A stretch of DNA of 64,000 nt. It comes from Camelus dromedarius (lineage: Eukaryota). The stretch lies in the NCBI RefSeq assembly GCF_036321535.1, contig NC_087452.1, positions 5,580,001 to 5,644,000 of the forward strand, given 5' to 3'. A model generated the notes under the pieces. It ran no database searches and was not told where the DNA came from. It saw only the letters and a list, made by a program, of their open reading frames with translations. Below, piece after piece: positions 47,830-58,530 of this stretch. The stretch's first letter is position 1. The number at the start of each line of letters is the position of its first letter. The position numbers and the translations under genes were made by a program.

Positions 47830-48225
47830 GCTCCAGGACTCACCTGCCGTGCTGGTCTCAGCCATGTTAGATAACTCCTCTGGGACTCAGCGTCCTCCTC
47901 TGTAGCACGGCAATCATTACAGTACCTTCCTCCTAGATTTGGGGTGAGGAGCGGATGAAACAAGACCCCTTAATGTTGGTGCTAATTAGTAAAATCATTA
48001 TTAAAGAGACTGAACACTGACCCCCATCTCCTGATGCAGCTGGGCCCTCCTGTGTCCCAGGCAGAGGCAGGGACAGCCTGGCAGGCCAACAAAACACTGG
48101 CTGTGCTGCTTTCTGGCTGTGTGGCCTTTGCAAGCCTCCCCTTCTCCCGGCCTCAGCCTCCCCTTCTCCTGGCCTCAGTTTCCCCTTCTCCTGGCCTCAG
48201 TTTCCCCATCTCTATAGCGCAGGTG
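47830..48225 (+). mobile_element. Two MIR fragments, the second with an internal 22-bp triplication (48135-48200)
   Basis: ataactcctctgggactcagcgtcctcctctgtag; (cctccccttctccyggcctcag)x3 then tttccccatctctat. Confidence 0.7.
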
Positions 48226-49750
48226 CTGGGGCCTGTGAGCTCCTGGGTCACTTCCTGCTGTGGGTTCCAGGAAACCCTGCACCTGGCCACCTCTTGCGGG
48301 CTCGTGTTTTTCCTAGAAGAGATTTGGGGGTGGGGGCGCTCTGCTGGGTGCTTTCCACCGTGACTCCTCTGTATCGGCCCTAGGCCTCTGGATTCCCTGC
48401 AGCTCTGCTCCACCATCTCTGTGAACTCTGGGCTGGGCTGTCTTTCCAGGAAGGGGATAGCCTGGCTCCGTAGTGAGAAGGATTGGACGGTGTCCAGTGG
48501 AAGGGAACAGGCAGGGGTGGCAAGGGGAGCTCAGGGCCCCAGCGATGGGGCTCCAGGTGCTGGGGGAGGGGCAGAAAACTCAGACTCAGGCCAGGTAAGC
48601 AGAACAGAAGCTCTGGGAAGATGGTGCCAACTAATAGTTGGTGGGGGTGGAACCGAGCTTCTGACATCTTGAAGGACCTGGTTAGCCTTGGCTTAGGGCC
48701 TGAGGGGTGTGGATCCCGTGGGGCAACAGGGCCCAGGAGGCAGGGCCACTGCGCTGGATGACTGCCACACATCCCTGGAGACCCACTGTCCGCCCTTCCC
48801 CCCTGCCCTGTGGTGAGGCGGGACCTGTAGGGCTGCATCCTGCACTCCCTCCCATTCTGGCTTCCTATTGGCTTTGGCCAGTGGGGAGCTCTGGCAGGAC
48901 ATGGAGTGAGGCAGGGGAGAGATGTTGGGGTATTTAGTCTCCCAGCTCTCTCCCTGGGGATCTCCCTGGGCTGGCTACATGCCTTGCCCACAGGTGACAG
49001 CTCCTATCAAGGATCGTCCCACACAGCCTGCTCTGCACCTGGGTCTGGAAACTATTTCCCCACCTCGCCCCCCAACCCACTTCCACATGAGGGGTGTTGG
49101 CAACAGAACCGCTCCTACTGGGGCTGGGAAACGGCACCACTCCTGCCCACACCTTTGCCAAGAGGTCCTTTATTAAACCCTCAGGACCCTGCCTAATTGA
49201 GTCCCCCAGAGCCGCAGAGCAGGGATATTGCAAGAAGACCCTGGAGAGGGGGTGGCAGGGTCCCCGACCCAAACGTGGCCTGGAGTCTTTCTCGATCTTC
49301 TCACCCTGGATCACTCCAAGGGACGGACCTGGCATTCTCCCCCTAGAATTCTCAGTTTCTGTGTCTGGAGCAGAGAAGGGAAGGGTCGGGGAGGGAGCCT
49401 GGGCTGCGCAGGTCATGCGATGCCAGTGCAGGGCTGCTCGCTCCAGTGCCCTGTTTGGGCAGACGGGTGGGGTTGGGGAGCATCTGTGGGCCTAGGGGAG
49501 CAGCCCCACGCAGCTCCAGCCCATCGCTGTCCTATTTGCATGGGGCCCAGAGGTACAGCCCTCCCCAGAGGAGTCAGAAAGCCAGACTTTTATGTACAAT
49601 CCCTCGGTTTCTGAATACTAGGAGCAGTTCAAATATTCAATTTTAAACAAATATTCAATTTCAAACAGCCAGATCTGGATCCCTGGCCACCAGTTTGTGA
49701 CCCAGAAAATACAAGCCCCTCTAACCTGCCTTTCTGATCTTTGCTCATAG

Positions 49751-49795
49751 GTTTCCCGCACCCGGAGCGTGGACCGAGAGCAGCCCAGGAGACAG
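49751..49795 (+). other. Probable 45-nt cassette/UTR exon of an unidentified + strand gene
   Basis: Branch-like ctctaac, tract ctgcctttctgatctttgctcatag|, donor CAG|gtaagg; length divisible by 3; no stop in any frame; 4 CpG. Confidence 0.55.
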
Positions 49796-51319
49796 GTAAG
49801 GGTGAGACCAAGATCCCTGGTTCACGAAGGGAGGCTCAGAATTCCCACCTGCACCTCAGCGCCGTTAGTTGACCCCAATTAGGAAACACTTGGTTTTCAA
49901 ACCACCTGTCTGTACTGTCAACCACCCGCTACCGCTACCGCCCCAGCCTCCCTAACCCCCTCCCAACACAGAAGCGCTCAGCAGCCACTCCCAAAACCCT
50001 GTGGACCTGTGGGCAGCGAGGGAAGAAGAAGCAGCAAAAAACAAATCTGAAACGGCAGTTTGGACTCATTTCCTGTGTGTGTGACTTTCCCCCTTGCCAG
50101 CCCCCCACGGAGTCTGTGTGTTACCCACTTTACTTTGGGGCGGTGTTCTAGCAAAATAGAGGGGCGTTTGGATTAGTCAATGTCCTTTTGAGATAAAGAG
50201 CCACGTTCCTGTGTGGGTTACATGGCTGTCATTTCGGTCATTCACACTTTAGTATCTTTCAATGCCGTCAGGTTATTTTTCAGTTATTATCTCACTGAGG
50301 ACAGCCACACTGAGGGGTATTACTGACTTGGGGGTCTGAGAAGGGGAAGCCCTGTGCAGAGGGCCCTGGCCCAGCCTGAGTGGGGCCTGGGGCGGAGGGA
50401 GGACTGTCCTGGGAGCTACTTGCCTGTCCATCCTTTTACGAGCATTTGGAGACACAGACTCTTTGACTGGGGGACTGCCTGGGAGTTCTGCCAACGGCCC
50501 TGGGCTGCTCCCTCCCTACTGACCTAGGAGAAATAGGGGGATCAGGGAAACTGTCCTCTCATGGGGTAGCTGTGTGCGGAGCTGGCTCTGTCCCTGGAAT
50601 CAGCAGCTGCCCCAGGGCGTTTGATAGGAGAGAGCCTTCTCCACCCAGCGCCCCTCCCCGCAGGCCTGTCACAGCACCTACGTGGCCACCATCTGCGTCA
50701 CTCCTCGGGAAAGGATGAGGAAGCTTTGAAAGCTTTTTTCCAAATGTCATCTGTAGGTTAGTTGCGAGGGAAATAGCAATTTGGATATTCTGTGTTTTCC
50801 AAGTTTTGTGTAATAAGCCTGTGTTCCGTTTTTGCTGTCTGGAGTGGTCCAGTTACCCGTGGGCACTCGTGTCCATTGTAGAAATTCTCTGACCAGACTA
50901 GCCCCAGTGGATAGCAGGGTTTGGGGAGCTGGGACAGGTAAGTTTTGATGGAGAAGTAAAAGGTCATAGTGGGGAAGGATTAAAGATCTGTCAGCAGTGA
51001 GCACAGCCTCCTGCTCTGTTGTGCTGTGGTCATGAGCTAGGGAGCCGGATCATGACTGTTTCCAAAAATAATGTGGACTTGCTTGTTCCTTCTGTTAAGG
51101 TGCTTCTCACGTCAGAATACAGTCGTCCCTTCCTCTCCCCTCTCAGCCCCTCCCAGACCAGGGCCCTGTCCTCTGCATTTCCAGGCCTCAGCAAGGCATG
51201 AATGTGTGTGGGAACTGGTATTTGTTGAGTCACTGCCATCTGCAGGGATGGGGCTAAGGGTGCTGTGGGAATCCCTCATCTCAGTTCCTCGTGAGGACAA
51301 GATGCAATGTTCATCCCCA

Positions 51320-51420
51320 TTCCACAGGTGAGGAGACTGAGGCTCAGAAGTGAAGTGACTCGCCCAAAGTCACACAGCCCAGGTCCGTGTGACTTCAAAG
51401 ACCTTGTTTTTCCACCACAA
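51320..51420 (-). mobile_element. MIR fragment
   Basis: caggtgaggagactgaggctcagaagtgaagtgactcgcccaaagtcacacagc. Confidence 0.8.
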
Positions 51421-51869
51421 TTCTGCAAAAGCAACATCACTTTTTTTAAAGGTTGAAAAATACAGAGAACAATTTATTCACAATTTCACCTTCTTGTTGC
51501 CACAGGCATTTGGAGGTTTTTGTTTGTTTGTTTAGCCTTCCTGCTTTTATCTGTATACTCATTTGCTTTGATACATTACTGCATTTTCTTCTAGGCTGTC
51601 ACACCACTGCAGCAGTTCTGATAAAGTGAATGCAACAATAAAAATTGTGATCTAGACTGGCAAATGGCCAGGTGGGTATGTTGGCCATCACCTGGTGGGG
51701 GTCAGGTGGGCCTTACAGGCTCATGCACCCTGGGACACACTGTGCCTTCTCCCATCTCTGCACACCTAGTGCCTGACACCCGGTGCTGGGAGTGGGTCTG
51801 GAGCTGTCCTGCCCAGCTGCTTATGCCTGAGTCGAGACCATCTTCCACAGACCCTGCCAGTGTGGCATA

Positions 51870-52015
51870 ATAGTAGAGCTTTTGGTCTTTGGAGCCAGGC
51901 AACAAAGAATTCGAGTCCTGACTGCTTCATTTTCTAGCTGTGCACAACCTTGAGCAAGTGCGTGACTCCGTCTCTCTGTGCCTCAGTTACCTCATCTGTA
52001 AAATGGGTACCCACT
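51870..52015 (+). mobile_element. MIR SINE
   Basis: ctagctgtgcacaaccttgagcaagtg...tctgtgcctcagttacctcatctgtaaaatggg. Confidence 0.85.
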
Positions 52016-52339
52016 CCGCAGAGTGTTATAAATAATCCAGGACAACTCCTCCCCTTCCCTTCTGAAGTAACCAAGCTCTCCCCTGAAGGACAATTTCCTC
52101 GTAGCCAGGGATGGATGTCACTTTCTTGTCTTTATGGCCAGGTAACCTAGATTTTTCTCTGCCTTTTCTTTTTTCCTTTTGCTTTTTTATTTTCAAGCGG
52201 TCTGAAACTACAACATAAACTCTTGGGAGCTTTTTAATATGTGTGGCCAGAAGTTGTTACACCCCCAAAAGTCATATAACCTATTAGAAAGTTTTAAGAA
52301 TTTTAAAAATTTTCCACGTTCAAAATGTGAGTAACCAAT

Positions 52340-52620
52340 CACTTCTAGGAAATTTGCCTTGAGGAAATAGCCCAAGGTGTGCACCAAGGCTTATCTATAG
52401 GGATGTTTATCACAGCATTGTTTACATTAGTTTCAAAATAGAAACAGCAGGGGAAGGGGGGAGCCCATCCCAGCACGTGCAGACCGTGGAGGATTCTGGG
52501 CAGCTGTGGAATATGACATTTGAGATGAAATTTTAATAACATAGGAGAAAATGGTCATATTTAAGTGTTAAGAGAAAAGGCAATTTGCCAAAATTAATCC
52601 TAACTGCATTTTAAAAAAAA
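52340..52620 (+). mobile_element. L1ME-like 3' fragment
   Basis: cacttctaggaaattt...gaggaaatag...ggatgtttatcacagcattgttt. Confidence 0.6.
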
Positions 52621-52842
52621 AAATAGGTGGAAGAGAACACAAATAAGCAAGGCAGAAAGAGAGAAGAGGGGGAGAGAGGAGACTGGAGAAACAGATACCG
52701 AGTACCGAGCAGGGGAGGAGGACAGGTGACTGAATTCTTCTGGGCGCCTTTTGGAATTTTCTCAATTTCCCACCATGGCGTGTTCTCTGTTTATAATGAT
52801 AAAGAGTAGTGACAGTTTAGAAAAACTTATCTGCCCCCACCA

Positions 52843-52844
<2 letters not shown>

Positions 52845-52884
<40 letters not shown>
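52845..52884. repeat. (GT)20 microsatellite
   Basis: 40 bp uninterrupted GT. Confidence 0.97.
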
Positions 52885-52887
<3 letters not shown>

Positions 52888-53044
52888 CATTTTGCCGGTC
52901 AGCTGTATGAGAGGAATTATGTTGGCACTTTTCATTCTAAATGGCTCTTTTTCTCAAAACATCTTTTTATTATTATTTTTACCCAAAGCCCGTGTTGCTG
53001 TCGTGTGGTCTTCCTCCCGTCCCTGGAACTGTGGTTCTTTGGCG

Positions 53045-53272
53045 GGCTGTGTTAGTCTTCTGGGGCTGCCGTAACACCCCATCGACTGCGTGGCTTAAAC
53101 AGACATTCATGTTCTCACTGTCCTAGAGGCTGGAAGTCCGAGATCAAGGTATCAGTAGGGTTGATTTCTTCAGAGACCTCTCTTCTTGGCGTGTAGACAG
53201 CCGTCTTCTCTCTGCGTCCGTACATGGTCTTCCCTCTGGGTTGTCTGTGTTCTAATCTCCCCTTCTTATAAG
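53045..53272 (-). mobile_element. MaLR LTR (MLT1A/B-like), truncated
   Basis: tgtgttagtc...ggctgccgtaac...ggcttaaacag...gaggctggaagtccgagatcaagg...cttcttataagg. Confidence 0.85.
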
Positions 53273-53289
53273 GGGGAAACAGATAATAA

Positions 53290-54000
53290 AATAGTAATTA
53301 TAATGGGATGAATACTGTGAAGCCTAGTCTGCTATGAGAGCCTAATGGTGGGGGAAGGAGGATGGAATCAAGGTGGGCTTCCTTGAGGAAGTGCTTGTTT
53401 AAAGTGAAAATTGGAGGATGTGTGAGAATGCATTTACTACATAGATATTAGATGATGGACCAAGATGAAGGTGAGGGAAAAGGGAAACCCAAATAAGGGG
53501 GAAAGGTATTCCTGCAAAGAAGTACACCGTGCAAAGGTCCTGCGGTGAACGAGAAATGTTGGAAACACAGGAGCTGAGCATCACTGGAATGCAGAGAGCA
53601 AGCAGGGTGGCTGGTAAGGTGAAAGGTCAGAGGTGAAGGCAGGAGGACATCGTAAGGCCACTTTTGTCAGGAGGGTTTGGACTTTAGCCTAAGAATATTA
53701 AGAAGCTACTGGAGGGTTATAGTCAGGGAGTGATGGGAACAGATTTGTGTTTTTAAAAGACTGGTCTGGCTGCTGGTATGGAGTGAATAGATGGCTGAGG
53801 GCAGGAGGTGGGCCAGTTGGGAGGCTGATGCAGTTGTCTTGGTGAGAAATGCTAGTAGCCTGGACTTGATGGTGGCTGAGGGTGATGAGAAGTGAACAGA
53901 AGAGGATGACAGTCAGGATGTGAACAGAAAGAGGGACAGTCACGGGTGACTCCAGGCTTGGAGTTTAGGCAAGAGCAGAAAGTAGGACGTTCACAGAGAT
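53290..54000 (-). mobile_element. L2 LINE remnant
   Basis: ggcttccttgaggaagtg, gtgcaaaggtcctgcgg, ggagggttatagtcaggg, ggaggctgatgcagttgtc. Confidence 0.75.
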
Positions 54001-54479
54001 ATTTGTGGGTGCCTTGGCCAAACTCTTACCCCACACTGAGCTCCTGCAGTTCAACTGCCAGCCTCTCAGGGGGATTCTGACTCACAGTGACCCCAGCAGA
54101 GATGGCAGGACCTCAAGGTCCAGGGAGATGGAGAGACCACCTGCCTGAGGCCCCATGTCAGGGCCCAGGACTGTGCCCAGGGGTTCAGAGTTGCTGAATG
54201 GACAGTTGATTGAGAAAACTTGGCCCCAAGATGCACAACAGCTTGGTTTAGCATTCTCCTCTGATTCAGCAGAGTCTTTTCCCTCAGCATCTTTCCTGGG
54301 AGTAAAACTTAGCCATCGTTCCTAGAGATCCCCTTGGTACTGACATTTTCTTGCCTCAGTGTCCTGGCACTCTCGACCTGCGGGGTGTTAGCACAGGAGT
54401 GAACTAAGTAACATCCAGTGGGCCTGGTTCCATCTGCCTCTCACGGGACTCTCACAGTGACTCTGGGACACAGGCCAAG

Positions 54480-54605
54480 GGCTGTTATTAGCATCCGCCC
54501 CATTCTACAGATAGTAAAACTGAGGCTCGGGGAAAGGACGTCACTTGCCCAAAGTCACACAGTTTGGAAATAGGAGAAACAAGACTAAAACCCTCATTAG
54601 GAGAT
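54480..54605 (-). mobile_element. MIR fragment
   Basis: cccattctacagatagtaaaactgaggctcgg...cacttgcccaaagtcacacag. Confidence 0.8.
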
Positions 54606-54899
54606 TCCAAGTTCAATGAATTTTTCTCACTTGTCTTTTTGGTCTTTTAACTCTCAGTAACTTTTGAAGTAAAAGACCCAGCACATTCACCTTCCGAGCA
54701 TCTGTTTGTTACCTACTAACAAAACATTCTTTTTCTTTCACTCAGACTGTTTGAACTATACAACCCTATTGTGGTTCCTTCCACATCCATGTAAACGAAT
54801 CTTTTATAACAATCACCTGCAAGGAAAAAATTCGATGAGACACCACGTCATTGATATGATGACACCTCCCCAGCGTCTGCCCCGTTTTCTTGGTGGTGC

Positions 54900-55660
54900 C
54901 TATTCATTCGTTCATTGGACGCTTATTTATTGAACCAAATGCTGGGAAGACAGCAGCAAACAAAACAAATGTGGCCCCTGTCCTCAAGAGCTGCCATTCC
55001 ACAAAGGGAGTTGGGCAGGAAGCAGCTAAACAAATAGCCATCTCTGACGCTGTCTGGGCTGCGGGGGAAGAATGAAGCCCGTGAGAGGAGAGAGAGGCGG
55101 GGAGGGGCAGGGAGCGGCTGTTTACACACAGCGGTCAGGGAAGGCCTCTCTGAGGAGGTGACCTTTCAGACCGAATGCAAAAAATGAGAAGAACATTCCA
55201 GGTAAAGGGAAAAGCCCCAAGGCAGGCCGAAGCTTGTCTAGGGAGCAAGGAGAAGCCAGGATAGCCAAAAGGACAGAGCAGGGGAGCACGTGGTGGCAAC
55301 TGAGCTCAGAGAGGGAGGTGACAGACTATGAGGACTCCGCCTTACCTTCAGACCCAGTAGGGTCACGCAGACAAGGTTGCGAGCAGGGACGTGTGGCCAA
55401 CTTAAAAGAGCCAAGCAGGGCAGGAGGCAAGGACAAAAGCAGGGAGGCCAAGGAGGAGGCAGCGACAGTGATTCAGGTGAGAGATGACAGTGGCTAGACT
55501 GGGTGGGTGGCTGTGGGGATGGGTGGCTGTGGAGATGGGGAGAAGCAGCCGCGTTCTGAACAGCTGTGAAGATTGAGCTGCTCGGACCCACTCTTCTAAA
55601 GGATGTGGGGAAAGAGGGAAGGAGAGGAATCTGGGGTGACTCGGGGGTGTATTCTGACAG
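54900..55660 (-). mobile_element. L2 (L2a-like) 3' region
   Basis: tattcattcgttcattgg...ttattgaacc; gtcagggaaggcctctctgaggaggtgacc; cagtgattcaggtgagagatgacagtggctagact. Confidence 0.85.
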
Positions 55661-55664
55661 CGCT

Positions 55665-56215
55665 GGGGTGCTGACAGTCAAAGCTGGCATTAACCACCCA
55701 GAGTTCACACAGACCCCACGAGATGAAGTACAAGGTTGCCAACAAGACCGTCCACCCCTCAGAGGCCAGCCACAAGTGGTGTCCCCAGGCTACCATGCTT
55801 CTGATGGGCTGGCTGCTAACTTGGGGGTTCCTACAATCCCTCTGATTTAATAACTCACTAGAATGGCTCACGGAACTTGGGAAACTGCTAAACTCACAGT
55901 TACAGTTTAATTATAAAGGATACAGATCAGGACCAGCCAAATGAAGAGACACATTGCATAAGGTCTGGCAGGGTCCACCAGGGCATGTCTCCCTGCCCAG
56001 CACATGGACTGTTAGCTAACCAGGAAGCTCCACCGAGCCCCCGCGCCCAGAGTTCTTGTTGGGGTTTTATTATGCGAGCGCAGGAAACCGAACCATGAGT
56101 AGCTACATCTCCATCCCTGCCCTTCCTGCAGGCGGGACTGACTCAAAGCCCCAACCCTCTGCTCCCATGGGTGGTCTTTCTGGTGACCAGCCCCCCGCTT
56201 TGACTCTCCTGGGGG
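55665..56215 (-). mobile_element. MER21-like ERVL LTR
   Basis: cccagagttcacacagaccccac, ggggttcctacaatccc, ctcactagaatggctcacggaact, ttattataaaggatac-like, ccaaatgaagagac, aaagccccaaccctct. Confidence 0.75.
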
Positions 56216-56932
56216 CTCCACGCTGCCTTCCAGAAACCCTGACTCCTGGACCCCATTGGCCGGTTCTTGGCTTTGGGTGGTATTTCGCAGCTTTTTGGAC
56301 CTTCCTTACTTAGTTCTCGGTGTCTCCACGCACCTTTGGGAGATCTGAGGGAGGGGCAGTTATGGTTAGGAGGGAGAAATCACGCCTCGAGGGCAGCAGC
56401 CAAGTGCAGAGCCAGGACCTTTGTGCGCTCTTTCACTGAAGCTGTGTGAAGTCTTGAGGCTCAGAGAGGCTGAAGGGCTTCCCTAGATGACCCAGCTGAC
56501 AAGCAGGGGAACGGGATGGGAAGCTGGGTCCGCAGGACCCTGCGCCTGGGTCTGGAGCCCGCCTGCTGATGCCCAGCGTGCATGCCCTCAGTTGGGGAAC
56601 CCCTTGCCTCAAATCCTAGAAGAGCCCCAAGGTCTTGGAAAGGCCCCCAAATTGGACCACTCCAACCATAGCCAAAGGAAATGAGAGGCTTCAGGAGTCC
56701 AGAGGTCAGAACCGACTGATCAGGAATTAGCTGGAAGGAAGGCTCATGCCCTTTGATTGCCAGGAATGGAATAGTGGCCAAAAATATGATAGAGAGAGAG
56801 AGAGACAAGAAGAATAAAAGGGGTGTGGGGAGCAGCAAAGGAACCAGGAAGGGTGGTCAAGGAGGGTTGACTGGGTCACAGGTTTTTCCGTAACTGTGAT
56901 ACATCCTTTGGGAATGTGTGGTGACATCAGAA

Positions 56933-56948
56933 GCAGCAGAGGGCAGTG
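56933..56948 (+). promoter_or_regulatory. CTCF-like motif (one core mismatch)
   Basis: gCAGCAGAGGGCAGTG vs consensus CCAGCAGAGGGCAG. Confidence 0.3.
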
Positions 56949-56975
56949 GGCAGCACACAGCAAAGGCAGGGAGCT

Positions 56976-57031
56976 CTGTTGATTGCAGGGTAATTAGCAC
57001 GGCCTGTTGATTGCAGGGTAATTAGCACGGC
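56976..57031. repeat. Perfect 28-bp tandem duplication
   Basis: ctgttgattgcagggtaattagcacggc x2. Confidence 0.95.
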
Positions 57032-57309
57032 GGGGTCATTCAGTCTCAGGCCAAGCAGCCGGCTGACCCCAGAACAGACCAAAGGCACCACAGTGTCCCA
57101 GCTCTGAGTCATCAGAAGACGCTTAAATTACGAGTGAGGTCTGCTGCACATTACGTTATGAGTTTTATGCCTGTTCCCATTCAAACAAACCCAGAAACCT
57201 GGTAGGCAAGGGAGTTGGCTCTTACAGGGTTAACCTTCAGTTATCTGGAACCCCCTTCGCCACCCCTCCCCTTGCACAGACTGTCAGGGGCCTTCGACCA
57301 CCTGTCCAG

Positions 57310-57684
57310 TGTCACTTCTGTATTGGCGAATGGTGTAATCTCCAGCCCCCACCGATGGCCCATTGTTAGATGTTTTTCTTTAATGTTCTGTTTCTTTTCA
57401 CACACACTTGCAAAGCTCTCAGCTTCAGCCAGGCGCGCCGAGGAGTCTTGTAGTAGCAGGACTGATCGATGCTGGAGGCTCCTTGCGGCTGCCAGAGCCG
57501 CAGTCCTGGGTGGGGGTGGCTGCGGGCTCTACAGCAGTGGCCGCTCACCTCCGCTGCCAGCCACCAGAGCTCAGACAGCTCTGTGCCCTGCAGACCCCTC
57601 CAGCCCGGACCCCAGGAGACCAGGGCACGGGAGAGGCCCATGCCTCCTGCAGCGCTGGCCTGGGACTTGCTGGGAAGGGTAAGT
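57310..57684 (+). promoter_or_regulatory. CpG-enriched alternative promoter / 5' exon candidate ending at a strong donor (57678)
   Basis: ATTGG near 57322, CATTGTT near 57361, GGCGCGCC near 57432, 12 CpG counted in 57421-57660, AGG|gtaagt at 57678/9; possible acceptor ttcttttcacacacacttgcaaag| at 57415. Confidence 0.45.
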
Positions 57685-57954
57685 GAGGGGCGGCAAGTAC
57701 CATGGACTCACGGAGGCTGGGAGGGAGCCATGGGCTCTGGGACTTCCAGAAAACAAAGCTGAGCAGGCTGTTGCAGTGGAGATTGAAGGAGGAAACAGCT
57801 TGAGGACCCGTTTCTGGTGATTCTATGAAGCAGCAGCAGGATTTGGCTCTGCCCACATTCAAGGTGGCCTGAAATTCTGGGGAAGTCAGGTTGCTATTGG
57901 CTCATGCCCAAAGCAAAGCAGTTACAGGACTTCCCTGAAGGACCTTAACTCCTT

Positions 57955-58530
57955 CCCTCATTCTTCGCCAGGTCCTAACTGAGGGCCACGTACATGCCAA
58001 GCCCCCTGCTAGGCACCAGGGCATTCAAGGAGGACAAGATTGAGGCCTCTGCTCAGGAGTGCCCCTAGTCTCGCCAGGGGGATGACTCCTTAAATAACTG
58101 TAATATCAAGTGACACATGATAAGAAAGGGCCTATCCAGGGGAGGAAGAGGCCAACTGGACTTCAGGGTGCTAGAGAAGCTTTTACAGGGGAGGGGCCAT
58201 TTGGATTGGGTCCTAAAGGATGAGTAGGAGTTCTTCAGGGGACAAAAGACAGCCAAGATGTTACGAGTGACTGCAAAGAGGTTTGAACATACAAAAATGT
58301 AATAGCACACAGCTCAGCAGGCCTGAGCAGAGGCTACAGAAAGTGAGCAGAAAAGGTTGACAGGGCCACATCACGAAAGGCCTCAAATGCCAGGTGAAGG
58401 GGTCTAGACTTGGTCCCACAGGCAGGTGAGGGATCCTAAAGATTTTAAAACAGTGGTGGGATGTGGTCAGTTTTGCATCTGAGAAACTCTGGCTACAGTG
58501 TGGACAGGGTGATGACGGACACAGGAAGAC
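57955..58530 (-). mobile_element. L2 LINE remnant
   Basis: atgccaagccccctgctaggcaccaggg, gggtcctaaaggatgagtaggagtt, gattttaaaacagtggtgggatgtggtcag. Confidence 0.75.

Noticed and set aside
54085-54110. ccagcagagatggcag as a CTCF site
   Set aside because: Spacing does not fit the 12-bp core
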